Of a stretch of 64,000 nucleotides of DNA, positions 46,652 through 55,508 are shown piece by piece; within the stretch, counting starts at the first letter, position 1; each line of letters opens with the position of its first letter. The DNA comes from Polyangiales bacterium (GTDB lineage Bacteria; Myxococcota_A; Polyangia; Polyangiales; Ga0077539), in the NCBI GenBank assembly GCA_044229975.1, contig JBGARZ010000002.1, forward strand, positions 256,001 to 320,000, read 5' to 3'. Under the pieces are notes generated by a model. That model was not told where the DNA came from. It did no database searches and worked only from the letters and a program-made list of their open reading frames with translations. The translations under genes and the position numbers were made by a program.

Positions 46652-49298
46652 AGCGCAACCCGAGGTTGGGGAAGAACGGGATTCCCGTGATCGTGGTCGA
46701 TTGGGTGTAGTTGTAGTTGTACTGAATGCCTTCGGGGTTGGCATTGTTGTAGACGTTGAGGACTTCCAGGTAGAGGTCGAGGTTGCCTCGCCGGAAGTTC
46801 CACACCTTGTCGACGCGCAGGTCGAGCTGGTGGAAGGGCGCGTTGCGCACCGAGAAGGGCACGCCGGGAATCTGCTGATAGGTCCCGCTGTCGCCGTTGT
46901 AGATCGCGCCGATGATGGGCGTCGCGGGGTTGCCGGTGACGAAGCGGAAGCGCAGGCCCACCTCCCAGCCGCGGCCGAGGCGGTAGCTGCCGATGAGCGT
47001 GAGGATGTGCGTCTGATCGAACTGGAAGATGCGGTACGCGGACTCCGGGGAGTCGCGGCGCTCGGAGCGCGAGATGGTGTACGCGAGCCACCCGAAGAAG
47101 CGCGCCGACGGCCGATGTCGGAAGAGAATCTCGGCGCCGTAGATGCGCCCGATACCCGTGTTGAGATAGGCCGGGCCCTGGACGGAGGGCTGCGCGATGA
47201 CCTGGTCGTCGAGGTCTTTGTAGAAGCCCTCGACGGAGAGGGAGAGGTATCGGGAGAAGTTGTGCTCGACGCCGAGGCCGTAGTGCACCGAGCGCTGCGT
47301 GGCGAGGAAGGGGTTGCCGACGGTGGTCGACGGGTTGAAGGAGTTGACCGCGCTCGAGCTCTGCTGCGGCTGCGGCGGCTGGTTGAAGAGACCGACGCCG
47401 CCCTTCAAGAACCAGTCGCGCACGAACTCCCACCGAAACGAGAAGCGCGGCTGCACGGCCCACGAGCGGTCGGCGTCGCGGGTGTAGTCCACGCGCAGCG
47501 AGGGGATGAGCCGCAGCCGGGGCGTCGGTGTCACCTCGAACTCGGCGTAGGCGCCCGGTCGGTAGAGCGTGTCGGCGTCCTGGGTGGAGACGCGGGCGAG
47601 GGCTTGCGGGTTGACGTTCTGCCCCTCGGTGGGCGCCCGAACACCATTGAACTGAATGGTCGCGGGGCCGCCCGTGAGGTCGAGGCCGAAGTTGCCGCGG
47701 ACGTGTCGGTTGAGCTGTGCGGTGAGCTCGTAGCGGCCCGTGATGTTGAGGAAGGTGAGGTCGAGGCCGAAGACGTCGCCGCCGCCGATGTTGATGGCGT
47801 TGCGGTTGATGGAGAACATCGCGCGGCTGGAGACGTTGGCCGAGAAGGTGTGGTCCCAGAGGAGCTGCCCGGCGTGGAAGCCGATGCCTGTGGAGAAGCT
47901 GCCAGAGAAGCGCGGCGCCGCCTCGGACGGCGTGTTGAGGATGAGCGAGAGCGAGTCGTCGGAGCCCAGAAACGCGAGGCGGATGCGATCGCGCGACGTG
48001 GGCCGGTACTCCAGCAGCGCCTGGTAGTCCCAGTAGACGGGGAGCGAGGTGAAGGACACCGCGCTGACCCCGGTGAGCACCGCCCCGAGGATGGCGTCGA
48101 TGTAGCTGCGGCGAAACGACACCGCGAAGGAGAGGTTGCGGGTGATGGCCCCCTCGGCGAACACGCTCGCGTCGATGAGGTTGAGGTTGGCGACGAAGCG
48201 GTAGCCCGTCCGGCGCGGCGAGCGCAGCCCGACGTCGACGATGCCGCCCTGGGCGCGGCCGTACCGGGCGCTGTAGTTGCCCGGGTAGAAGTCGATGCGG
48301 TCGAGGAGCTCGGTGCTGATGACCGAGGAGAGCCCGCCGAAGTGATAGACGAGCGGGATGTTGGTGCCGTCAGCGAAGATCTGCGTGTCTTGCGGGGTCG
48401 ACCCGCGGACGATGAGCAGGCCGTTGATGGCGCGCGCGACGCCGGGGAAGTTCTGCACGGCGCGGAGAGCGTCGCCGCCGGTGCCGGGCATGCGGAGAAT
48501 CTCGCGAAACTCCAACGACTGACGGGTGACCTCGCGCGGCGGGCGGCGGGCCCGCACGGTGGCCTCATCCTCCTCGGCGGCGGGCGCAGCGGCGGGGCCG
48601 GGCGTCGTCGGCGCCGCCGTCGGCGCGGGGCGCGTCGGGGTGAGACGGTAGGTGAGCGAGACGTCTTCGCGATCGGCGACGGCTTCGGTCACCTCCGTCT
48701 GGTCGTAACCGTCGGCGCGAATCGTCAGGCGGAGGTTGCCCACCACGTCGAGCTCGAAGCGAAACGCACCCGTCGCGTCGGTGGTGGCGGTGCGCGTGCT
48801 CTCGTCGGGCAGCGTGAGGGTGACCGTCGCCCCCGCGAGCGCGACGTCCCCCCTGCCCCGCACGGTCGCTCGCAGCAGCGCGTGAACGCGGGGCTGCTGG
48901 GCAGCGCGGGCCGCCGCCGCGCTGAAGCGGTAGCGGTAGCGGAGGATGGACGCGACGGGGCTGCCGTCACGACGCGCAGGCTCGAAGATGAAGTTGCGCG
49001 CGGCGGCCGTGGCCGCTTCGTCGAAGCCGTGGGACAGGGCCTGGACGACCGTGACCTGCGTGACGTGCCCCGTCGGGTCGATGGTGAGTTCGAGGAGCAC
49101 CGAGCCTTCGAGGCCCTGCGCGAGGGCCTCGGCGGGGTAGTCGGCCTGCACGAACTGGGTGAGCCGCGGAGCTGCCGTGGCGGCGGGCGCAGGCGTCGCC
49201 GGATCGGTCTGGGTGGTGGCCCCGATCTGCGCGGACGCGGGAGCCGCGGCGGCGAGGGTGGCGACGAAAACGCGAGCACGAGTCCGGCGGATCAACAC
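46641..49298 (-). CDS. TonB-dependent receptor with an N-terminal TonB C-terminal domain and a carboxypeptidase-regulatory-like domain
   Basis: ADYPAEA..QGLEGSV.L.LTID..G.V (TonB-C); plug D.LRAVQNFPGV..LIVRGS; YPGNYSARYG; C-terminal LGLRFEY. Confidence 0.9.
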   Translation of the reverse strand: MLIRRTRARVFVATLAAAAPASAQIGATTQTDPATPAPAATAAPRLTQFVQADYPAEALAQGLEGSVLLELTIDPTGHVTQVTVVQALSHGFDEAATAAARNFIFEPARRDGSPVASILRYRYRFSAAAARAAQQPRVHALLRATVRGRGDVALAGATVTLTLPDESTRTATTDATGAFRFELDVVGNLRLTIRADGYDQTEVTEAVADREDVSLTYRLTPTRPAPTAAPTTPGPAAAPAAEEDEATVRARRPPREVTRQSLEFREILRMPGTGGDALRAVQNFPGVARAINGLLIVRGSTPQDTQIFADGTNIPLVYHFGGLSSVISTELLDRIDFYPGNYSARYGRAQGGIVDVGLRSPRRTGYRFVANLNLIDASVFAEGAITRNLSFAVSFRRSYIDAILGAVLTGVSAVSFTSLPVYWDYQALLEYRPTSRDRIRLAFLGSDDSLSLILNTPSEAAPRFSGSFSTGIGFHAGQLLWDHTFSANVSSRAMFSINRNAINIGGGDVFGLDLTFLNITGRYELTAQLNRHVRGNFGLDLTGGPATIQFNGVRAPTEGQNVNPQALARVSTQDADTLYRPGAYAEFEVTPTPRLRLIPSLRVDYTRDADRSWAVQPRFSFRWEFVRDWFLKGGVGLFNQPPQPQQSSSAVNSFNPSTTVGNPFLATQRSVHYGLGVEHNFSRYLSLSVEGFYKDLDDQVIAQPSVQGPAYLNTGIGRIYGAEILFRHRPSARFFGWLAYTISRSERRDSPESAYRIFQFDQTHILTLIGSYRLGRGWEVGLRFRFVTGNPATPIIGAIYNGDSGTYQQIPGVPFSVRNAPFHQLDLRVDKVWNFRRGNLDLYLEVLNVYNNANPEGIQYNYNYTQSTTITGIPFFPNLGLRFEY

Positions 49299-49366
49299 GT
49301 CGCCTCGGTAGATGCATCGGGACACGATGCAGTTGCAAGCTCTTCGCGCTGCGGCGGCAGAGCCGC

Positions 49367-51271
49367 TCAGGCGGGCGCTGCGGCGCGAAGCATCGTGAGC
49401 AGCGCCTGGCCGTAGGCCTCGACGCGGGCGGGCCCGAGGCCGTGCACCTGCGCGAGCGCCGCGAGGTCGTTGGGGCGTCGGGCGGCGACCTCCTGGAGCG
49501 TTCGGTCGAAGGCGACGACGTAGGCCGGGAGCCCACGGCGCTTCGCCTCTTCGGCGCGCCACGCACGCAGTCGGTCGTAGAGGGCGTGGTCGTAGTGGCC
49601 CACCGTCGCCTCCGGGGCGGCGGGGCGTCGGGCGGTCGCAGTGCGCGGGCGCTCGCGGTCGGGGGGCAGGCGAAAGCGCACGGCGTCGTTGGCTCGCATC
49701 ACCGCGGCACCCGCTGCCGTGACGAAGGGAACCGGGTGCTCGGTCGGCGTCAGGTCGATCCATCCGGCGGCGAGGAGGCCACGGAGCAGGGAGAGCACCC
49801 ACGGCTGCGAGCGGTCGCGCAGAAGGCCGAAGGTGGAGAGCTGGTCGAAGCCGAATCGCATCGTGCGCTGGGAGTGGGCGCCGCGGAGCATCTCCGCGAT
49901 GGCCTGGAGACCGCCGCGCTGTCGGGCGCGCGCGACCCCCGAGAGTGCCATGCGAACGGCGGTGTCGACCTGCGACTGGGGGACATCGTCGGTGGGCTGG
50001 TCGAGGCTCGCGCAGATGTCGCAGTGACCGCAGCCACCGAGGATCTCCCGCTCGTCGCCGAAGTACCGGAGCATGAAGTCGTGTCGGCAGGTGCCGGCGT
50101 CGAGGTAGCGCAGGAGATCGCAGAAGAGGTGCCACGCGCGGGCCGACTGCGCGGGGTCGGGGGCCTGCCCGTCGGAGCCCATCTGGGTGAGCCGTCGGCG
50201 TAGCGCGATGTCGACGCCCGAGCAGAGGAGCAGGCCGTGGGCTTCGGCGCCGTCGCGGCCGGCGCGCCCGACCTCCTGATAGTAGGACTCGATGCTCGAC
50301 GGGGGTTGGAGATGGAGCACCGTGCGGATGTCGGGCCGGTCGATGCCCATGCCAAAGGCGTTGGTCGCGACGACGACGTCGAGGGTGCGCGCGCTGAAGC
50401 GCTCCGAGAGGCTCGACCGCTCGTCCGGTGCGAGGCCGGCGTGGTAGGGCGCGGCGTTCCACCCGGCGCGGCGCAGCTCGTCGGCGACCTGCTCGGTGGC
50501 CTTGCGCGTGGCGGCGTACACGATGGCTCCGCCCGCGGGACGCGTCGGCTCGCCGAGCACGCGCTTCAGCTCGCGTCGCACCGTCTCCTTGGACTCGGTG
50601 GGCCCGTCGACGGTGCGCGCCGAGAGGTGGAGGTTGGGCCGCGCGAAGCCTCGGAGGACGACCCTCACCTTCTCGCGATCGAAGCGCAGTCGTTCGAGGA
50701 TCTCGTTGCGGACGTCGGGCGTCGCGGTGGCGGTGCAGGCGAGCAGGCGCGGCGGGCGGAGGCGCTCGATGAGGTCGCCGATGCGAAGGTAGTCGGGCCG
50801 GAAGTCGTGGCCCCACATGGAGATGCAGTGGGCTTCGTCCACGGCGAGCAGCGAGATCTTCGCGCGGGCGCACGCGTCGACGAAGCCGTCGAACTGGAGG
50901 CGCTCGGGCGCGAGGTACACCAGCTTGTAGCGGCCCGCGATCATCCCCGAGATGCGCGCCCGACGGACGTCGGGGGTGAGCGTCGAGGCGAGGAAGGTGG
51001 CCGAGACGCCGCGCTGATCGAGCGCCCGCACCTGGTCTTCCATGAGCGCGACGAGCGGCGAGATGACCAGCGTGACGCCGGGGAGGCAGGTCGCGGTGAA
51101 CTGATAGGTGAGGCTCTTGCCGCCTCCGGTCGGGGCGACCACCAGTGTCTGCCCACCGTCGAGGAGGGCCTCGATGGACTCCCGCTGCCACGGGCGGAAA
51201 TCATCGAGCCCAAAACGATCGAGGAGTGCTTCGCGGAGGGGGTCGCGAGCGACGGGTGGGTCAGCGTCCAT
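49367..51271 (-). CDS. recQ: ATP-dependent DNA helicase RecQ
   Basis: APTGGGKSL, DEAHC..WGHDFRP, ATNAFGMGID, YYQEVGRAGRDG, RQC Cys cluster and HRDC (LYDRLRAWR). Confidence 0.95.
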   Translation of the reverse strand: MDADPPVARDPLREALLDRFGLDDFRPWQRESIEALLDGGQTLVVAPTGGGKSLTYQFTATCLPGVTLVISPLVALMEDQVRALDQRGVSATFLASTLTPDVRRARISGMIAGRYKLVYLAPERLQFDGFVDACARAKISLLAVDEAHCISMWGHDFRPDYLRIGDLIERLRPPRLLACTATATPDVRNEILERLRFDREKVRVVLRGFARPNLHLSARTVDGPTESKETVRRELKRVLGEPTRPAGGAIVYAATRKATEQVADELRRAGWNAAPYHAGLAPDERSSLSERFSARTLDVVVATNAFGMGIDRPDIRTVLHLQPPSSIESYYQEVGRAGRDGAEAHGLLLCSGVDIALRRRLTQMGSDGQAPDPAQSARAWHLFCDLLRYLDAGTCRHDFMLRYFGDEREILGGCGHCDICASLDQPTDDVPQSQVDTAVRMALSGVARARQRGGLQAIAEMLRGAHSQRTMRFGFDQLSTFGLLRDRSQPWVLSLLRGLLAAGWIDLTPTEHPVPFVTAAGAAVMRANDAVRFRLPPDRERPRTATARRPAAPEATVGHYDHALYDRLRAWRAEEAKRRGLPAYVVAFDRTLQEVAARRPNDLAALAQVHGLGPARVEAYGQALLTMLRAAAPA

Positions 51272-51365
51272 GGGGCGGTGGCGGACCATAGCATCACGCC
51301 GCGAGCGCCCGCCGCTGAGCATCGGCGAGGGCGGGGACATAGCCTGTCCGAGTTGTTCGGAGGGG

Positions 51366-51713
51366 CTACGCCGCCCTGGCGTGGGCGTCGATGGCGGTGA
51401 CGTCGTTGGCGAAGGGCGCCGTCACGTCGATGCGAGAGAGGCGGCGCGCGGTGATGGCCAGCGAGAGGGTGACGGCCTGCGCCTCGACGCTGCGACCGGC
51501 TGCCATCGGAATCGAGCGGGCGAGCGCGAGGAGGGCGAGCGCGCGCCCGCGGATCGCGTCGCGGGTGTCGTCGGCGATGGCACACGTGACCCAGTGCCGA
51601 CGGCCGGTGCTGGGGTCGACGCGCCACAGGCTGACGCGCGCCTGGCCTTGGGCTATACGACGCCAGGTAAAGCAGAAGCCGGCGGCGCGGAGGATGGGGG
51701 CGGGGTTGATCAT
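51366..51713 (-). CDS. Hypothetical protein
   Basis: 115-aa ORF with an upstream GGAG that fills the gap before recQ; no recognised family. Confidence 0.45.
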   Translation of the reverse strand: MINPAPILRAAGFCFTWRRIAQGQARVSLWRVDPSTGRRHWVTCAIADDTRDAIRGRALALLALARSIPMAAGRSVEAQAVTLSLAITARRLSRIDVTAPFANDVTAIDAHARAA

Positions 51714-51768
51714 CGGGGGACTCCGTGTGGGTGGTGGGTTGTTGCTCGGCCGGGCGGTCTGCCCTTCG

Positions 51769-51829
51769 GCTGAACGGATGTACCCTGGCTTCCGTCGGGT
51801 TTCATAAATTGTGGCAACGGATGTTCAGC
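51769..51829. promoter_or_regulatory. Two GAAC-N4-GTTC-like imperfect palindromes (possible LexA/SOS operators)
   Basis: GCTGAACGGATGTACCC (51769-51785) and GGCAACGGATGTTCAGC (51813-51829) flank an AT-rich patch in a divergent intergenic region. Confidence 0.3.
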
Positions 51830-51896
51830 TACTGCGATCGTGCAGGTGGCCGATAAGAAGATTGGAGACAGCGACGATGGTGACGGGGGCGGAGCG

Positions 51897-52880
51897 ATGG
51901 GCGATCTGAACGGGATGTCGACGGAAGACCGGGTGGCGGTCGACCGCATCTTCGAGCGCCTGTCGGGGCGGACGCACTACGAGGTGCTGCAGATCGCCCC
52001 GGACTCGTCGTGGGAGGTCATCGACCAGGCGCTGCGCGACCTTCGGCGTCGGTGCGATCCGGCGCGATTTGTGGGCATCCCGAGTGACGAATATCGGTAC
52101 CGCATCGACGCCATCGTCCGCGCCTTCGACGAGGCGACGCAGGTGCTCGGCGACCCCGTGCGGCGCTTCCTCTACGACCAGCAGACCCTCCGCGGCGAAG
52201 GGCGGCGAGGCGTCACGCCCCCTCCCCCGCAGTCAGCCGTTACGCCCATTCCTCCGCGCCCCATCGCGTCGGGTCGGATGCCCGAACGCGACACCCCGTC
52301 CATCCGACCTCCTGCGATGGACTCGCCGCTCGTGGTGCCCGCGCCGCTGAAGCGCGACGGCGGCGGCGTCACGGAGACGCGAGGCAGCTACCGCCCATCG
52401 GGCAACCGCCCGTCGGTGGCGCCGGGGCGCCCGGAGGTGAAGGTCCCTGTCGACCAGGGAGCGCCGCGCGTGGCGCCGGGTGACGACGCCCATCACCGCG
52501 ACCTCACGGCGTTGATGGTGGAGGTCGAGCGCATCGCGGTGGCGGTGCAGTTCTGCATCGCGCAGTCGATCGATCCGCAGGCCGAGCGGGTTCCGGCGCT
52601 GCAGACTGCGGGGCAGGCCCTTGCAGACACCCGGTCGGCGCTGGCGTCCATCCAGGCACGTCGTGAGGAGGAGGTCGGGCGCTGGGCGGAGGCTGCCATC
52701 CATTGGCAGCGTGCGTCGCGCGCGAGACCGATGGACGCGACGATTCTCGCGCGGCTCGCCGAGGCGCTGAGTCGTTCGGGCGACCCGCGCGCCGCGGACG
52801 ACGCCGCTAGACGCGCGCTGACCATCGACCCGGCGTGCGAGGCGGCGCGCACCACGCTCTCCGCGATCGGTCGCCGCTAG
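51897..52880 (+). CDS. J-domain-like protein (lacking HPD) with a Pro-rich linker and C-terminal TPR
   Basis: THYEVLQI...RRRCDPARF...EATQVLGDPVRRFLYD and C-terminal TPR-like helices (ALTIDP). Confidence 0.75.
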   Translation: MGDLNGMSTEDRVAVDRIFERLSGRTHYEVLQIAPDSSWEVIDQALRDLRRRCDPARFVGIPSDEYRYRIDAIVRAFDEATQVLGDPVRRFLYDQQTLRGEGRRGVTPPPPQSAVTPIPPRPIASGRMPERDTPSIRPPAMDSPLVVPAPLKRDGGGVTETRGSYRPSGNRPSVAPGRPEVKVPVDQGAPRVAPGDDAHHRDLTALMVEVERIAVAVQFCIAQSIDPQAERVPALQTAGQALADTRSALASIQARREEEVGRWAEAAIHWQRASRARPMDATILARLAEALSRSGDPRAADDAARRALTIDPACEAARTTLSAIGRR

Positions 52881-52926
52881 GCGTTTGAGGCTATCGGGGG
52901 GCTCCGACCGGAGCCCGTCAGTGCGC

Positions 52927-53115
52927 TCAACCTCCGGTTGGCGCGGCGGCGGGCGCGGGGGCCGACGGGTCGACGGCGGGCGCCGGATCAGGCGTCGGGG
53001 CCACGACAGCGACCGGCGCGGGGGGCGGCGGTTCGGCCGGCTCGGCGGGAGCGTTGAGGGCCGCGCCGACGCACACGAGGGCGACGGCGCTGAGGTAACC
53101 AAGCCACTGGGTCAT
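52927..53115 (-). CDS. Small Pro/Ala-rich membrane or secreted peptide
   Basis: Hydrophobic N-terminus followed by a P/A-rich tail; same strand as, and just downstream of, the kinase gene. Confidence 0.4.
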   Translation of the reverse strand: MTQWLGYLSAVALVCVGAALNAPAEPAEPPPPAPVAVVAPTPDPAPAVDPSAPAPAAAPTGG

Positions 53116-53167
53116 GGGGTGCGAGTACCATGCGCAGGCGGTGCGCGACAACGGATCCGACGGGTGG

Positions 53168-55477
53168 TCAGGGGCGGCGGGCCAGCGCGTCGCGTACGCG
53201 GGTGGGAAGCGCCTCGACGTCGTCGAGCGAGGCAGGCCCGTCGAGGCGAACGAAGGGTGATTGCTCCAGCGCCGAGCGCGCGAAGGCTCCGACGGGACCC
53301 GTCATCGCGGTGAAGCGGGCGGTGGCGTCGACGCCTCCGACGTCGCGCACGAGCGTGTCGCCGTTGGCGCCGTTGGCCAGCGTGAGCAGAAGGCGCGCAG
53401 CTCGGGCGGCGCGGGCCGATCCGAGGCCGAGGCACCAACCCCAGGTGCGACCGATCACCGCGCGCCCGCCCTCTTCGGTGGTGTCGCCGAGAGCATCGAG
53501 CTGCAAGCGGTCGCCGCGGGGAGGACGGGCGAGGACCCAACCCTCGGCGCCGTGGGCGTTCCACCACGAGAGCGAGGCCCAGCGTGCGACGACGGACGCG
53601 TCGTCCGCGCCGGCGATCGCGCCCATGGAGGACAACAACGTCTGGGCCTCGCGGGCCGGTGTGAGGGCATCACCCGCCGGAACATTGCCGTCGAGCGTCA
53701 CGCCGAGCGAGCCCCAGCGCGCGAGCGTCGCGGCGACGCCTGCCGGGTCGTGGGCCTCGGCGGCCGCGAGGTGCGAGCCGTCGCGAGACCAGCACCACGA
53801 GGCGGCGACGAGGTCCCACGACGTCCAGGTACCGAGGTCGTGTCGCGGGCCGAGCCCTGACGGGAGGCGCAGCCCATGATGCGCGCGCAGCCACGTCTCG
53901 ATCTCTGCTCGTCGCGTCGAGACGCACTCGTTTGCGTCTTGCAGGGCGTCGGCGCGCACCCCGAAGGCCACGAGATCGACCGCGACGGGGAGCGCGTAGG
54001 TGCCCTCACCCGCGACGCCGACGCTCGCGCCCCAGGGCAGCGTCTCGGCGCGGAGCGTCGTCCGGAGCGCGAGGTATCCGCTCCCATCGACTTCGGGCAA
54101 CAGCGTGTCGAGGCGCCGCACGGAGTCGGTCGTCACCAACGCGCGCAGGGACTCCGAGGGGACGAGCGCCACGTCGACCTCGCCCGTTCGGAGAGCGCGC
54201 GCGGTCGCGACGGCTCCGCCCAGGTCGACACGCTCGACGCGCGCACCGACCGCCGCTTCGAGGCGACGCCGAACATCGGGCTGCAACCATCCAGCGCCGA
54301 GCCCCGCTGGTACGCCGAGGCGCAGCGGGCTCCCGCGCGGCACCACCGCCCGCTGCGTCGAGGGCCCGCGCGCGGCCGGTCGCGTGCGTCGTTCGGCGAG
54401 CACGCTCACGACCAGCACGCCGACGGCGATGGCGACGCGCTCGAACAACACCCTCCGCTTGCGCAACGCCGCGGGCACGACCGACGGCGGCGAGGCAGGC
54501 CCGCGATCTTCTGGCGACGCGGCGTCGGTGAGCGTTCGATCGCTCGGGGCGAGCGCCGGCGCGTCGGGCCCCGAAGCGACGGCCACGAGGGCGCGGAGGC
54601 CATCGACGTCCGGTCGCACCCCGAGAGCTTCGGCCGCGGCGCGCAGGGCCTGACGCAACTCGGCCGCCGTGGCGAAGCGCGTGTCACGGGCGCTGGCGAG
54701 GGCGCGGTCGAACACTGGTGCGAAGGCCGCGAGCGAGGCGGGCAGCGCGACGGGCTCCACCTGTCCGAGGGTCGCGCGCTCGCGGAGGTTCTCTCCTGTC
54801 GCGGTCCCGTAGGCGCGGGTGCCGGTCAGCATCTCGCGCAGCACCGACGCCGCCGAGAAGAGGTCGGCCCTCGCGTCGACGGCCTCTCCCCTCGCCTGCT
54901 CGGGCGCCATGTACGCGAGCTTGCCCATCACGGCTCCCGCGTCGGCGGTCGACGTCGCGCTCGTCTGGGCGGCGTGGGCGATGCCGAAGTCCGCGAGCTT
55001 CACCTCGCCCGCGTGCCCGAGCAGCACGTTATGCGGCGAGACATCGCGGTGCACGAGACCCAGCGGGTCGCCGTTGGTCGAGCGCAGCGCGTGGACGTAC
55101 CCGAGCCCGTCGAGCAGGGCTTCGACCACGGCGAGTGCGACCCCGGGCGGCAGTTGTCCATCGTCGGCGCGGCGCAGCAGGGCGGCGAGGTCACATCCCT
55201 CGACCAGCTCCATGGCGAGGAAGTAGTGGTCGCCCGCGCGGCCGAACTCGTACACCTGCACGACGTTGGGGTGGCGCAGCCTCGCGGCGACGCGCGCCTC
55301 GTCGACGAAGCGCCGCACCGCCTCGGGGTCGAGCGCGAGCCGCGGGTGCACCCGCTTGATGACGAGCTCGCGGGTGATGCCCTCCGCGCTCACGAGCTCG
55401 GCGCGGAACACCTCTGCCATTCCTCCAGCGCCGATGCGTCGGAGCAGCCGATAGCGCTGCGGGAGCCCTTCCGTCAC
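53168..55477 (-). CDS. Hanks-type Ser/Thr protein kinase with a TM segment and an extracytoplasmic solute-binding-like domain
   Basis: IGAGGMAEV, VIKR, HRDVSPHNV, DFG and YMAPEQ; TM VAIAVGVLVVSVLA. Confidence 0.88.
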   Translation of the reverse strand: MTEGLPQRYRLLRRIGAGGMAEVFRAELVSAEGITRELVIKRVHPRLALDPEAVRRFVDEARVAARLRHPNVVQVYEFGRAGDHYFLAMELVEGCDLAALLRRADDGQLPPGVALAVVEALLDGLGYVHALRSTNGDPLGLVHRDVSPHNVLLGHAGEVKLADFGIAHAAQTSATSTADAGAVMGKLAYMAPEQARGEAVDARADLFSAASVLREMLTGTRAYGTATGENLRERATLGQVEPVALPASLAAFAPVFDRALASARDTRFATAAELRQALRAAAEALGVRPDVDGLRALVAVASGPDAPALAPSDRTLTDAASPEDRGPASPPSVVPAALRKRRVLFERVAIAVGVLVVSVLAERRTRPAARGPSTQRAVVPRGSPLRLGVPAGLGAGWLQPDVRRRLEAAVGARVERVDLGGAVATARALRTGEVDVALVPSESLRALVTTDSVRRLDTLLPEVDGSGYLALRTTLRAETLPWGASVGVAGEGTYALPVAVDLVAFGVRADALQDANECVSTRRAEIETWLRAHHGLRLPSGLGPRHDLGTWTSWDLVAASWCWSRDGSHLAAAEAHDPAGVAATLARWGSLGVTLDGNVPAGDALTPAREAQTLLSSMGAIAGADDASVVARWASLSWWNAHGAEGWVLARPPRGDRLQLDALGDTTEEGGRAVIGRTWGWCLGLGSARAARAARLLLTLANGANGDTLVRDVGGVDATARFTAMTGPVGAFARSALEQSPFVRLDGPASLDDVEALPTRVRDALARRP

Positions 55478-55508
55478 GGGCGAACTCTACTAGACTCCGA
55501 GCCATCCC

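Noticed and set aside
49299..51191. 1516-aa giant TonB receptor ORF
   Set aside because: The upstream part is an alternate frame of recQ. The real protein begins at the signal peptide near 49298.
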